NCBI GenBank assembly: GCA_002269645.1
Contig: NIVC01000839.1
Span: forward strand, 248,001 to 312,000
Direction: 5' to 3'
Length of the DNA stretch: 64,000 nucleotides
From: Macrostomum lignano
Taxonomy: Eukaryota
Part shown: positions 10,885 to 24,046 of the stretch, in pieces
Position numbering within the stretch: the stretch's first letter is position 1
Layout: each line of letters opens with the position of its first letter
Program-made: the position numbers and the translations under genes
The notes under the pieces: generated by a model
What the model was told of the DNA's origin: nothing
The model's input: only the letters and a program-made list of their open reading frames with translations
The model's database searches: none

Positions 10885-13055
10885 TGGCTCACTACTCACT
10901 AGTCAATTGGCAAGTTGGTTAATTGGCTCACCAGTCAATTGCCTAGTTGGTTAATTGGCTCACTAGTCAATTGGCAAGTTGGTTAATTGGCTCACTAGTC
11001 AATTGGCAAGTTGGTTAATTAGCTCACTAGTCAATTGGCAAGTTGGTTAATTGGCTCACTAGTCAATTGGCAAGTTGGTTAATTGGCTCACCAGTCAATT
11101 GCCTAGTTGGTTAATTGGCTCACTAGTCAATTGGCAAGTTGGTTAATTGGCTCACTAGTCAATTGGCAAGTTGGTTAATTAGCTCACTAGTCAATTGGCA
11201 AGTTGGTTAATTGGCTCACTAGTCAATTGGCAAGTTGGTTAATTGGCTCACTAGTCAATTGGCAAGTTGGTTAATTGGCTCACCAGTCAATTGCCTAGTT
11301 GGTTAATTGGTTCACTAGTCAATTGCCTAGTTGGTTAATTGGCTCACCAGTCAATTGGCAAGTTGGTTGATTGGCTCACCAGTCAATTGGCAAGTTGGTT
11401 GATTGGCTCACCAGTCAATTGGCAAGTTGGTTGATTGGCTCACCAGTCAATTGGCAAGTTGGTTAATTGGCTCACTAGTCAATTGCCTAGTTGGTTAATT
11501 GGCTCACTAGTCAATTGCCTAGTTGGTTAATTGGCTCACCAGTCAATTGGCAAGTTGGTTAATTGGCTCACTAGTCAATTGGCAAGTTGGTTAATTGGCT
11601 CACTAGTCAATTGCCTAGTTGGTTAATTGGCTCACTAGTCAATTGGCAAGTTGGTTAATTGGCTCACTAGTCAATTGTCTAGTTGGTTAATTGGCTCACT
11701 AGTCAATTGCCTAGTTGGTTAATTAGCTCACTAGTCAATTGCCTAGTTGGTTAATTGGGTCACTAGTCAATTGCCTAGTTGGTTAATTGGGTCACTAGTC
11801 AATTGCCTAGTTGGTTAATTAGCTCACTAGTCAATTGCCTAGTTGGTTAATTGGCTCACTAGTCAATTGGCAAGTTGGTTAATTGGCTCACTAGTCAATT
11901 GCAAGTTGGTTAATTGGCTCACTAGTCAATTGCCTAGTTGGTTAATTGGCAAGTTGGTTAATTGGCTCACTAGTCAATTGCCTAGTTGGTTAATTGGCTC
12001 ACTAGTCAATTGGCAAGTTGGTTAATTGGCTCACTAGTCAATTGCCTAGTTGGTTAATTGGCTCACTAGTCAATTGGCAAGTTGGTTAATTTGCTCACTA
12101 GTCAATTGCCTAGTTGGTTAATTGGGTCACTAGTCAATTGCCTAGTTGGTTAATTGGCTCACTAGTCAATTGCCTAGTTGGTTAATTGGCTCACTAGTCA
12201 ATTGCCTAGTTGGTTAATTGGCTCACTGGTCAATTGCCTAGTTGGTTAATTGGCTCACTGGTCAATTGCCTAGTTGGTTAATTGGCTCACTAGTCAATTG
12301 CCTAGTTGGTTAATTGGCTCACCAGTCAATTGGCAAGTTGGTTAATTGGCTCACTAGTCAATTGGCAAGTTGGTTAATTGGCTCACTAGTCAATTGCCTA
12401 GTTGGTTAATTGGCTCACTAGTCAATTGGCAAGTTGGTTAATTGGCTCACTAGTCAATTGTCTAGTTGGTTAATTGGCTCACTAGTCAATTGCCTAGTTG
12501 GTTAATTAGCTCACTAGTCAATTGCCTAGTTGGTTAATTGGGTCACTAGTCAATTGCCTAGTTGGTTAATTGGGTCACTAGTCAATTGCCTAGTTGGTTA
12601 ATTAGCTCACTAGTCAATTGCCTAGTTGGTTAATTGGCTCACTAGTCAATTGGCAAGTTGGTTAATTGGCTCACTAGTCAATTGGCAAGTTGGTTAATTG
12701 GCTCACTAGTCAATTGCCTAGTTGGTTAATTGGCAAGTTGGTTAATTGGCTCACTAGTCAATTGCCTAGTTGGTTAATTGGCTCACTAGTCAATTGGCAA
12801 GTTGGTTAATTGGCTCACTAGTCAATTGCCTAGTTGGTTAATTGGCTCACTAGTCAATTGGCAAGTTGGTTAATTTGCTCACTAGTCAATTGCCTAGTTG
12901 GTTAATTGGGTCACTAGTCAATTGCCTAGTTGGTTAATTGGCTCACTAGTCAATTGCCTAGTTGGTTAATTGGCTCACTGGTCAATTGCCTAGTTGGTTA
13001 ATTGGCTCACTAGTCAATTGCCTAGTTGGTTAATTGGCTCACTAGTCAATTGCCT
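10885..13055. repeat. 32-bp minisatellite (ggctcactagtcaattggcaagttggttaatt), about 68 units
   Basis: Period 32. Two main variants (ggca/gcct). Rare variants repeat at about 783-784 bp spacing. Confidence 0.95.
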
Positions 13056-13273
13056 AATTTGTCTAATCTTGGCAAAAGAAAAATATTAGTGCCTATTTAT
13101 ACTTTTTGAGCAATAAGTTTAATTAATATACTTAAAGGTGCAATTTTAAAACAAATTGAAGCAATAAAAAAACCTTAGAAGTGTTTAGAAGTGTAGACTT
13201 TTAGAAGTGTTTGAATGTTTGCATATTTAACTTCAACTATTGCAATCAAACCAAATTACTATGATGATTAATC

Positions 13274-16200
13274 ATGGACAATTTGACTAGCTCAATTGAA
13301 ATTGAAGGCAAACGGAAACGCTACTTCGACGATCTTTACCAATGGATAAACAATCAGCGACAGTTGATGCAAAATAAAGCTTCACTTGCTGTTGGCCTGA
13401 ACCAGTTTGGTTCAGTTTCAAATGCTGACGCATCGGCAGCTGCACTAGCCAATGCTCATCTGCAGTCTCAGCTTCGTCTGATTAAGGGTGCTGCTTCAAC
13501 GCAACAGGGCCAAGGAGGCCAGGCTGTTGGGGTGGGTCCTGGTGACTTGTTTTCTGACTCAGTGTTTCAGTATTTTTTATTACTGAATGCTCAAGAATAA
13601 CAATTAACAGTAGGATTAACAAGCCATTTTTTTCCGCCCGTCGAACTACTAAGAGGGGGGGAATCCCCCCCCCCTGACAATTTTTTTGCTGCGCCGTATT
13701 GGAGCAACGCAGGCACACGAAGTTCAAGAACACGGGCTAACTTTTTGTTGCGCACCTTCTCAAACAAGAATCAAGTCACCAGCCCTCTGGACCGTCGAGA
13801 TATTCGACGATTCTGCCAGAAGGTCGGATTTTTCCCATAAGCGCCAGTGTATTCAGTACACCCCTGTGCGCTAATCAGCACTGCGCCTCAGTGCAGCCTT
13901 GCCAAGTCTCCAATATTTCATCAGCACGTCAACCACATGGGTCTGCATCAGCTCTGACTTCGTTGGTCACTGGCCTTCACCCAGACGGAGCTTCTAGATT
14001 TTCAACAGGTGGCACCAGGTGACTATGGACACGCTGTTGCAAATTTCTGTAGTTTCGCCGATCAAGCCTCGACAGTGGGCAAGCCGCAATTTCTGGACAT
14101 CCTCAGCTAGTCTCTCAAGCATTCAGTCATCACCCCGAAGCCGTCGGCTCCTTCAACAGATGGCACCAGATGACCATGGACACCCTGATGCGAATTTCTC
14201 TTGTTTCGCCGATCAAGCCTCGACAGTGGGCAAGCCGCAATTTCTGGACATCCTCAGCTAGTCTCTCAAGCATTCCGTCATCACCCCGAAGCCGTCGGCT
14301 CCCTCGACGGTCCAGAGGGCTGGCGACTTGATTCTTGTTTGAGAAGGTGCGCAACAAAAAGTTGGTCCGTGTTCCTGAATTTCGTGTGCCTGCTTTGCTC
14401 CAATACGGCACAGCAAAAAAGTTGTCAGGGGGCCCTGTTTGTTAGTTCTGTTAAAGCAGAAGAAAAAATACTGAATTATTCTTAGCTTAATGACTGTGTG
14501 ACAGAATGGTAAAATAGATTCATTAAACCAATGAGCCGAGCTGTGCCATATTGTATGTAGGATATAAACGAAAAGCTATTCAATATGAGGCCTTTTCAGA
14601 AATTTCTCAGTAATAAACGTTTAAACCAAAGACTACTTAACAACACAGGACGTTACACTTGCAAATATTGGCAGAATTCTAAAAGGCTGCTTTCAATCTA
14701 TGTGTCTATGTTAAGTAGTCCTTGGTTTAAACCTTGAGTGAAACCCTAACTTGGCAGTGTATACCTTTAACATGTAGCTAACCTTAGAAGTTCTTTATTA
14801 AAAGTAATAATGCGTCCTTTAGTGTGCTTATTTGTCTTTTCTCTGACACAGATGTCACAGTTATTAATTGTGCCTCTAGAATGCCAGTTGTCACAGTTAT
14901 TAATTGTGCATCTAGAATGCCAGTTGTCACAGTTATTAATTGTGCCAAACTATTAACTAAACTACAGAAACCTTTGATTTTCTCTATAGGCTAGCGGTCT
15001 GCCTTCTCAACAACAACAGCAGCAGCAGCAGCAAGAGCAGATAGATCGCCAGCAGCAGCAACAGCAGCAGCAAGCCAGAAGAGCCAATCCCCGTCAAGTG
15101 TACGGCGGCCGCCTAGGCATTGAAGGCTATCGGTTTCGCGTCGCCCCAATATGGAAACGCGTCCTAGCCGAAGTAATCGATGGACTGCTTCTATTAGTAC
15201 TGAAATTAGTACTCATGATTGTGCTCGAGCAGCGCATCGATTTTGTAGTTGACAGCTTGCTTCCTGTTGATAATCGATTCTGGAAAGCCGAACCGTCCGT
15301 TGGACAGCAGCAGCATCATCAGCGCAGACTGGCCGAGTTTAATAGAAGATTTGGCGCATCTGGTGGCGGTCATCAGCCTAATCAGATGCACCATCATCAG
15401 CAGCAGCATCAGCGGAATCTTGAATTTGATATTGCCGGTATGCGGTTCAGCATGACCGATCTGTTATCGCCTAGACTAATCCTATTGGATTTAATGGTCC
15501 GTCTGATGGTATTACTGTTGGAAACTTTTGCACTATGCGGCTTTTTTGGTCTGTTCCGTTCGGGACAAACGCCTGGCAAGTGGCTGATGAATTTGCAGGT
15601 AAGAATTTTGTGTGTGCGCTTTATTGGATTTCATTGATTCAGGTGTTACAGTGCTGTGTGTCTAACAGGCAGGTGTAACAGTGCTGTGTATCTAACAGGC
15701 AGGTGTAACAGTGCTGTGTGTCTAACAGGCAGGTGCAACAGTGCTGTGTGTCTAACAGGCAGGTGTAACAGTGCTGTGTATCTAACAGGCAGGTGTAACA
15801 GTGCTGTGTATCTAACAAGCAGGTGTAACAGTGCTGGGTATCTAACAGGCTGGTGTAACAGTGCTGTGTATCTAACAGGTAGGTGTAACAGTGCTGGGTA
15901 TCTAACAGGCAGGTGTAACAGTGCTGTGTATCTAACAGGCAGGTGTAACAGTGCTGGGTATCTAACAGGCAGGTGTAACAGTGCTGGGTATCTAACAGGC
16001 AGGTGTAACAGTGCTGGGTATCTAACAGGCAGGTGTAACAGTGCTGGGTATCTAACAGGCTAACAGATTGCAATGACAGTGTCTTACAGTCTAACAGACA
16101 GATGTAAAATCTCAATGATATTGACAGACAGTTGGAACAGTTCAGTTACTGCTTTAATTTGTTTAATTATCAACCTCCTTATCAATGAATTGTGTCCAGG

Positions 16201-16427
16201 TAGTCCAAGCCAATGACGTCATCGACCTGCCAGACCAAATAATCGAAGTTCTACCAGCCAATCCTTTGAGGTTTCAACGCGCTCTGGCCAGAAGTGCAAT
16301 CAAGAATTTGGCTATGATGTTCTTTTTCCCTGTATGGGCCACCGCGTTTGTGTTCAGCAATCATCGTACTAGCTATGACATCATCACTTCTACGATTGTG
16401 GTAGAGAATCTGCCGCCAGAGAACTGA
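13274..16427 (+). CDS. FAM8A1: FAM8A1-like RDD-domain membrane protein, 3 exons (13274-13531, 14990-15598, 16200-16427), about 364 aa
   Basis: APIWKRVLAEVIDGLLL, GQTPGKWLMNLQV and RSAIKNLAMMFFFP...HRTSYDIITSTIVV match the FAM8A1 RDD domain as I recall it. All junctions are GT-AG, phase 0 and in frame. Exon 1 is supported by frame and splice signals only. Confidence 0.8.
13669..14437. mobile_element. MITE with ~130-bp terminal inverted repeats in FAM8A1 intron 1
   Basis: 13669-13799 and 14304-14432 are inverted copies. An internal ~110-bp direct duplication lies at about 14038-14152 and 14190-14303. Confidence 0.75.
15640..16060. repeat. 30-bp minisatellite (aggtgtaacagtgctgtgtatctaacaggc) in FAM8A1 intron 2
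   Basis: About 14 tandem units. Confidence 0.95.
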
Positions 16428-16529
16428 AGATGATTCTTGTCTGTTTGTTCGTTGCTTGTTTTCTTGAAGGACAGTTTAAGTAGAAATGATGGAAATCTTT
16501 GTAAAAACGTCTATGCAGTTTGTTTCTTA

Positions 16530-16945
16530 GAAAAGAAGTTTCTCGGCTTCTATGAACTTCTATAAACTTTGTTTCTTAGAAAAAAGAAGTTTCTTAGAAT
16601 AAAAACTTCTATGAACTTTGTTTCTTAGAAAAAAGAAGTTTCTTAGAAAAAAATTCTATGAACTTTGTTTCTTAGAAAAAAGAAGTTTCTTAGAAAAAAA
16701 ATTCTATGAACTTTGTTTCTTAGAAAAAAGAAGTTTCTTAGAATAAAAACTTCTATGAACTTTGTTTCTTAGAAAAAAGAAGTTTCTTAGAATAAAAACT
16801 TCTATGAACTTTGTTTCTTAGAACAGAAGTTTCTTAGAATAAATAATTCTATGAACTTTGTTTCTTAGAAAAGAAGTTTCTTAGAAAAAAACTTCTATGA
16901 ACTTTGTTTCTTAGAAAAGAAGTTTCTTAGTATAAAAACTTCTAT
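16530..16945. repeat. ~48-bp AT-rich tandem repeat (ttctatgaactttgtttcttagaaaaaagaagtttcttagaataaaaac)
   Basis: About 9 units downstream of the FAM8A1 stop. Confidence 0.9.
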
Positions 16946-17544
16946 GATTAAAATTGACAGAACTTTAATTGAAACAATTTTTTTCTGTCCTGACTTCTTT
17001 TTTAAAAAGACACGCTAAGTTACTCTTAGTAGTTTGTTTATTTAACTATTCAATAAACAGAATTATTAGCTCTGGTAATGACGAATATATACTTATTATT
17101 TTAATAATTAAACACCCATTTTCGTTTTTGACTTTTCCAAATTGTTTGTTTAAATAAAAATACTAAGTCAAGTAATTTGTTTAACTTTCAACGTCGCATA
17201 CAGCTTACCTTAGTTGCTTGATTCAGTTTCTGACAGTTTCTGCTTATAATAATATTTCAGTTATCTGAATTGTGCTCCTATTGATGTACCTAAATATTGT
17301 TGGTTAATGGAATTTACTTCGCAAAGTCATTAGCAAACAGGGATGTTCTTGTATGTGTATATATATACAACTCGTATGAATGATAAATATTTTGATTAAT
17401 TATTCATTATAAATAAATATACGACTTTGATTATAAATTTATAGTGCCATACAGTCTAAATTTTATTAGGTTAATTTTCTTTTTTTAAATTGCACTAATA
17501 TAACTCCCTTATTTAGATAACCTGTTTTATAGCTTCTTATTTGG

Positions 17545-17621
17545 TTGTCTGTCTGTCTGGCTGTCTGTCTGGCTGTCTTAGTGTCTGTCCGTCTGTCTGT
17601 CTGTCTGTCTGTCTGTCTGTG

Positions 17622-17658
<37 letters not shown>

Positions 17659-17661
17659 TAC

Positions 17662-17740
<79 letters not shown>

Positions 17741-17745
17741 CTGTA
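17545..17745. repeat. (CTGT)n microsatellite
   Basis: Direct reading. Confidence 0.95.
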
Positions 17746-17863
17746 TGAATGTCTATCTTTAGCTTTCTAGCCCAGAGTAGTTTATCTTAAACAGCAAACT
17801 AACCGACACTACTACAAGTACCCAAATGCGCACAGCCAAACACAATTTTCCTAATCAACTCCG

Positions 17864-19970
17864 CTGCCTTCCGGTATTCGCAAGGCGCTGACCGAAGCGG
17901 CCCAGGCTGGCGCCACCGGCTTGGCTCTGGTTGACCGCGACATCGACGACTTACTGAGCTGCCCCCTGCTGCTGACTGAGCGGTCCCTGTTCCAGAGCCT
18001 CACCCGGCTGACGCTGAGCCACAACCGGGTCTCGGTGCTGCCTAAAGAGATTGCTAGATTGGAAAATTTGCAGCACCTTAATTTGTTTAATAATCGGCTG
18101 AAATTGGTGTGTCCTGAGATTGGGCAGGTGAGTTGATGGTTCTGAGTTGCTGGGCCAGCCTCCCAGATCCTCAGTTGCTGGGCCAGCCTCCCAGATCCTC
18201 AGTTGCTGGGCCAGCCTCCCAGATCCTCAGTTTCTGGGCCAGCCTCCCAGATCCTCAGTTGCCGGGCCAGCCTCCCAGATCCTCAGTTGCCGGGCCAGCC
18301 TCACAGATCCTCAGTTGCCGGGCCAGCCTCGCATGTCCTCATTCCAACCTCTTCTCCTGAAATGAATAATTGCAGCTGAAGAAGCTGTACCAGCTGAACC
18401 TGGGCATGAATCGACTGGCCACCTTACCAAGAGAATTCGGTCAGCTGCAGCAGCTGGAACTGCTTGATTTGAGCTACAATAATTTGCACGAAGGCGGCTT
18501 ACCTGCGGAGTTTTTCTCTCTGGTCGCTTTGCGCGCTCTGTACCTGGGCGATAACGATTTTGAGCGACTGCCGGCTGCTATCCAGAGCTTTCGAAATCTG
18601 CTTGTCGTGAGTAGTTAATTGTGTTCCGTCTGACTGTCCTTCGCTGAAATCTACTGAATCTTATTTTTGGAACTTTCTAAATCATCTTGGATCTGAAGCA
18701 TCATTAGCTGGGATCTGAATCCTCATTATCTGGGATTTAAATCCTCATTAGCTGGGATCTGAAGCATCATTAGCTGGGATCTGAATCCTCATTAGCTGGG
18801 ATCTGCATCCTCATTAGCTGGGATCTGAAGCATCATTAGCTGGGATCTGAATCCTCATTAGATGGGATCTGCATCCTCATTAGCTGGGATCTGAATCTTC
18901 ATTATCTGGGATTTAAATCCTCATTAGCTGGGATCTGAATCTTCATTATCTGGGATCTGAATCCTCATTAGCTGGGATCTGAATCTTCATTATCTGGGAT
19001 TTAAATCCTCATTAGCTGGGATCTGAATCTTCATTATCTGGGATCTGAATCCTCATTAGCTGGGATCTGCATCCTCATTAGCTGGGATCTGAATCTTCAT
19101 TATCTGGGATTTGAATCCTCATTAGCTGGGATCTGCATCCTCATTAGCTGGGATCTGAATCTTCATTATCTGGGATCTGCATCCTCATTAGCTGGGATCT
19201 GCATCCTCATTAGCTGGGATCTGCATCCTCATTAGCTGGGATCTGCATCCTCATTAGCTGGGATCTGCATCCTCATTAGCTGGGATCTGAATCTTCATTA
19301 TCTGGGATCTGAATCCTCATTAGCTGGGATCTGCATTCTCATTAGCTGGGATCTGCATCCTCATTAGCTGGGATCTGAATCTTCATTATCTGGGATCTGA
19401 ATCCTCATTAGCAGGGATCTGAATCTTCATTATCTGGGATCTGAATCCTCATTAGCTGGGATCTGAATCCTCATTAGCTGGGATCTGAATCTTCATTATC
19501 TGGGATCTGAATCCTCATTAGCTGGGATCTGAATCTTCATTATCTGGGATCTGAATCCTCATTAGCCGGCATTTGAATCATCAAAGCATTGTAAATGTTT
19601 ACCTGTATCTCACTATCTTCCTCAATTTCCGCAGCTCTCAGTTCGCGACAACGACCTGGTCGAGCTGCCGCTAGAACTGGGGCATTGTTCTGGCATTCGC
19701 GAGCTTCACATTCAAGGCAATCGGCTTCTGTTGCTGCCCCCAGAATTTGCCCAACTACAATTAGGCAGTCCAGATACCGTGCTAAGAATGGGCGATAATC
19801 CCTGGGTTGAGCACATTGCCGACCAATTAGCCTTGGGTGTTAGTCACGTGATGCATTACCTTGCCACCGACGCTTACAGAGTGCAGTACAGTCAGCTGAT
19901 GAGCGGCAGTTCGTTGAAATATCCGCCAAAAGCCAGCAAAGCTAAAAAGATTAGCAGGAAAACTAGTTGA
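17864..19970 (+). CDS. RSU1: Ras suppressor protein 1 (LRR), 3 exons (17864-18127, 18376-18606, 19635-19970), about 276 aa; start codon uncertain
   Basis: LTLSHNR, LNLFNNRL, LNLGMNRLATLPREFG, LRALYLGDNDFE, LSVRDNDL, LHIQGNRL, NPWVEHIADQLALGVSHV and KKISRK are collinear with RSU1. Introns are phase-0 GT-AG. There is no in-frame ATG; CTG at 17864 aligns with Met1. Confidence 0.9.
18140..18330. repeat. 28-bp minisatellite (gggccagcctcccagatcctcagttgct) in RSU1 intron 1
   Basis: About 6-7 units. Confidence 0.9.
18690..19565. repeat. 22-bp minisatellite (gggatctgaatcctcattagct) in RSU1 intron 2
   Basis: About 40 units. Confidence 0.95.
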
Positions 19971-20065
19971 ATGCTTTGCGGCTGCTGCTATGTTGGTGTT
20001 GTATTGTACAGGGCCTTCTGTGTTCCGCCATCGAGTCTTTGCAGCCGATATCCGCTTGGATACTT

Positions 20066-20415
20066 GACACTGGGACAGACACTGGGACAGACACTGGGAC
20101 AGACACTGGGACAGACACTGGGACAGACACTGGGACAGAGACTGGGATAGACACTGCGGCGGGCAGACAGATAGACAGGCAGGCAGACAGACAGACAGGC
20201 AGACAGAGAGACAGACAGAGGGACAGACAGAAAGGCAGACAGAGAGACAGACAGAGGGACAGACAGAAAGGCAGACAGAGAGACAGACAGACATGCAGAC
20301 AGACAGGCAGACAGACAGATAGGCAGGCAGGCAGACAGACAGACAGGCAGGCAGGCAGGCAGACATTCAGACAGACATGCAGACAGACAGGCAGGTAGAC
20401 AGACAGACAGACAGA
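20066..20415. repeat. (GACACTGGGACA)n 12-mer followed by (GACA/GGCA)n microsatellite
   Basis: Direct reading. Confidence 0.9.
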
Positions 20416-21041
20416 TAGGATTGGGACATCTTTGCCGACAGGTGAAACAGATACGGTTTAAGTGCAGAATCAGGGAAGTCACAAGTATATTGCGTATTTT
20501 ATAATGAAATTTTTTAATTACATCCATTTACGTATATTCTAGCTTACTTTAAAATTTGTGTTTAGTGACCAAAGCCAACAACGGTTTTTTATAGTATATT
20601 TTTGACAGATTGTGTCTGCCATTCCAATCAAGGTTTTTACTGACATTATAGAAATTCTTCCATGATTTGCTTTTGTCTTTTGATGATTAATTTTTTGGTG
20701 TCCTATCTTGTGGACATGTATTTATTAGCTTTTATTCTTAATAACTATATTACTGATGCCAGGTTTTTAGGCTATTTCTAATTGCCTAGATATATCTATA
20801 TAGCCAGATTCTATGTAACATTCACTATCTGTTCGTCAGATTTTAAAAAAATTAACGATCTTGTCTGTAGCTGTTTTAGTTTAATTGACATTAAGGCGTA
20901 GTAGCTAATATCAGGCATCTGACTTTCGTCTTTTGCAAGTAAGAGCTCTGGTTCGCTCCAAGACAACATTTAGTCTAACCTCTTCAGGGCTGGGCCCAAA
21001 ATGTTTCATCTCCGTTCCAGTCGGATGGTAAGCAGTGCAAA

Positions 21042-21393
21042 CAATCTGAGACTGCATAGCAAAAACACTATTGTCTATGGCCACCCCTCGCTGCAGCCCA
21101 ACTTTTTGGGATCGCCTTGCAAGCAAAGTGAAATTTTTTAAAGCTAAGTGAGAACCTTATTGAAAACAAAGGCTGGGCTATGGCAAATCAACTGCGTCTA
21201 ACAAGCAACCACCCCTTTTAATTTCGTAAAACCACCCCTTTTAATTTCGTAAAACCACCCCTTTGTTTTCAATATGGTTCTCACTTAGCTTTAAAAAATT
21301 TCTCACTTTGCTTGCAAGGCGATCCCAAAAAGCTGGGCTGCAGCGAGGGGTGGCCATAGACTAATAGTGTTTTTGCTATTCAGTCTCAGATTG
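21042..21393. mobile_element. Foldback/MITE-like long inverted repeat (arms about 135 bp)
   Basis: caatctgagactg...aaacaaagg and cctttgtttt...cagtctcagattg are near-perfect reverse complements. Confidence 0.75.
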
Positions 21394-22226
21394 CTTGAAA
21401 AATGTCTCACTTAGCATGCAAAAACCAATATTATAGAACATATTTTCACAAGTGCTGTTTTGAAGCTCTGCTTACCAAGCCGACCGGGACGGAAAGTGGC
21501 GGACCATAGACTACACAGGGCTCGCCTTGGCCCAAGATATTTGTAGACTGCAACTTGGGTGCGGGCGTGGTAAGCACTGCTTACCATCAGACTTTTGGAG
21601 GTCGCAGAGGTGTATTGCATTAAAAATACGAAAAGTCATTCTTGAGCGACCAGTGTGATGCTTGAAGATCCATAGACATTGTAACACGATATAAATGTGT
21701 AAAAAAGCGTGAAATAAACGCTAAAAGCGTGCTTAAATCGTTCTTGTGATCGCGTACTGAAGTCATTTAATGCACGAGAAATATATATCGTGTTACAATA
21801 CTACTCAATACTTGGTTTTTCTTGCTTAAATGTCGATGACACTCGTGCACGAACGCGAACGCGCACTCGTGACCTAGACAATTAAGCACTCGAAACCAAG
21901 TATTGAATCCTATATTCAGCAAGCGACAGTAAATTAAGTTGCACATCCTTGCAATAAACTCTGCTTTAATTAGCTCTCAATGCATCAGTAGCTGTAATAA
22001 ACATAAAATTTTGTGAGCTAGACAGTTGAATGTTAATCTTTCTTACGAGTAATAAAATTGGTTGCTTTAATATAGCTGCAATAGGATTTGATTTTTAAGG
22101 CAGAAGGCATTACTTTTTAGAACGACTCTCGTGGCAACAAATTATTTGATCCAGTTTTCATTAGTTAGATTTTGCATTATAAAACTACTAAATCTATCTT
22201 TATTTCCATGAAATCTACCAATTAGA

Positions 22227-23729
22227 ATGAGTCATCAAAGCAGCGCAGATTAGCCAAGTTCTGGCGCAGCCTCCGCAAAATGCTCCATCTGCAACCAATC
22301 CGCAGTTGGTGTAGGTCCATTGTCAGGCTGTCACCTCTGCGACCGGCATCTTGAATTAGATGTGTCTCAAAAAGTGAAACTAGTTGTTGCTGAGCAGAGG
22401 CGCGCCTACTTGCGAGAGAGGCAAAATCCAGGTGCAACCAGCAGTGCATCAAATGCAACGGAACCAGAATCTGAAGTTGCGCGTTTGCGCCGGGAAATCT
22501 GTCGGAATCTGTTGCGGGTGAATCACAGATTCGATTTGGTACAGCAAGGCGTCGAATCGTTACGTGGCAGGGTGACGGGCCAGCTTGAAGGTCTGCTCGG
22601 GGCAGTGCAAAATGAACAGCAGCAGGCAGCTGATACTCATAATTTGGTGGAGCTGTTTGAGTTAATGCAGTCTATGAATGTTCCGCATGCTAGTTTAGAT
22701 ACAAGCTTTGAGACTAATTCGCTTGGAGAGCAAACTAACGAGTTGAAACTGCAGCTGCGGCTTCTAGGACAGCTCGAGCGGCTGGTTGGTATTTTTTCAG
22801 GGCGCAATGAATTTCACGTTGAATTGGAGGCGAGCAGATCCTACACGAGCGAGGTGAAGCTCAATGGTCTTATTGAGTGGCTGGCTGTGTGCAGCGACAC
22901 CAGCGGATTCTTTGGTGACCCGTCAGGCCGTGTGGTTCGCGGAAATTCTGTTAATCAAGAAAATGTGCCTCTGTCTCAGCCATGCGTCTTTGCGCTAATA
23001 AATCATTTAGAGGATCATCTTCTAGTGGTCTCGCTAGACGGCTCACAGAAGCTGCGGTGCTACTGTGACCTACAAGACTGGAATGGCAACATCTGCGGCC
23101 TTCACTGCGACCGTCAGCTGCTGTTCATTGCTCAGAATGACACAGTGACAGTGACGGACTTGAGCGGTCGCGCATTGCGTCAAATTCGTCCAGACATCGA
23201 GAGCTTCGGCAAAATTAATGGAATCGGCGGCGACGCAGCCTCCGTGTTTGTGTCCAGTGGAAACAAAATTGCTGCATTCAGCAAAGCGACTGGTCAGATG
23301 GAGACGGTCATCACGCTGTCTCAGCTTCCTCATGCTGATCTGGGAAATCTGACGACTCACGACAACTGCATTTTGGTGACAGACTGGAATGCACATCAAG
23401 TGCACAGAGTGCGCATCGACACTGAACAGCTGGTCGCCTCACTGCCGAATCCAAGTGGCAATATTCGTCAGTTTGGTCACCTTAAAGATGTGGCCGTCGA
23501 CCGGAGAGGCCGGCTATTCATTAGTGAATGGAAGGGTCACTCAGTGCGAGCTTTGACTGTTGACGACGGGTTGCTGCTGTGGTCTATGGGGACTCCTGGC
23601 GAGAGCGGCCGCGGCGAGGGCAGCCTTGAATATCCTTGCGGTCTGTCAATGCTGACGGATAGTCATTGCGAGCGTCTTGTGATAGCTGACTATTATCACA
23701 GCCGATTGCTGATTGTTAATGTTCATTAA
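22227..23729 (+). CDS. Intronless Zn-finger/coiled-coil/NHL-repeat (TRIM-NHL-like) protein, paralog 1; in-frame TAG at codon 9
   Basis: CSICNQSAVGVGPLSGCHLCDRH, then coiled coil, then DVAVDRRGRLFISEWKGHSV and GTPGESGRGEGSLEYPCGL (NHL blades). ATG at 22227 aligns with the paralog 2 start. TAG at 22251-22253. Confidence 0.7.
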
Positions 23730-24046
23730 CACCGTGGTTTTTAAAAAAAGTTTTAGTGCTCAGAACTGCAATTTATGGTCAGAAATATTGCTAATCTAGT
23801 ACAGTATTAATATGTTACTCCTGGCAAACAGCTGTAAGTATATTTAAATATTTCGAAAACGAGTACCATATGTTGCCGTCTGTCTCTCGGTTGACCGCTC
23901 TCTGCCATAACTAAAATCATCACCGGAAATCAAAGTGTCAGAAATCAAGGTCCGTAGCGAGAATTCTTGCTTTTGAAATTCTCTACTTGATTAGGTTTTA
24001 ACCAGAGAGAAGAGCCTTAAACCGCTGGGTATTGCAAGCTGCCCAC

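Noticed and set aside
13284-13305. Resemblance of FAM8A1 exon 1 (tttgactagctcaattg) to the upstream 32-mer
   Set aside because: Short and imperfect in AT-rich sequence; cannot be distinguished from chance.
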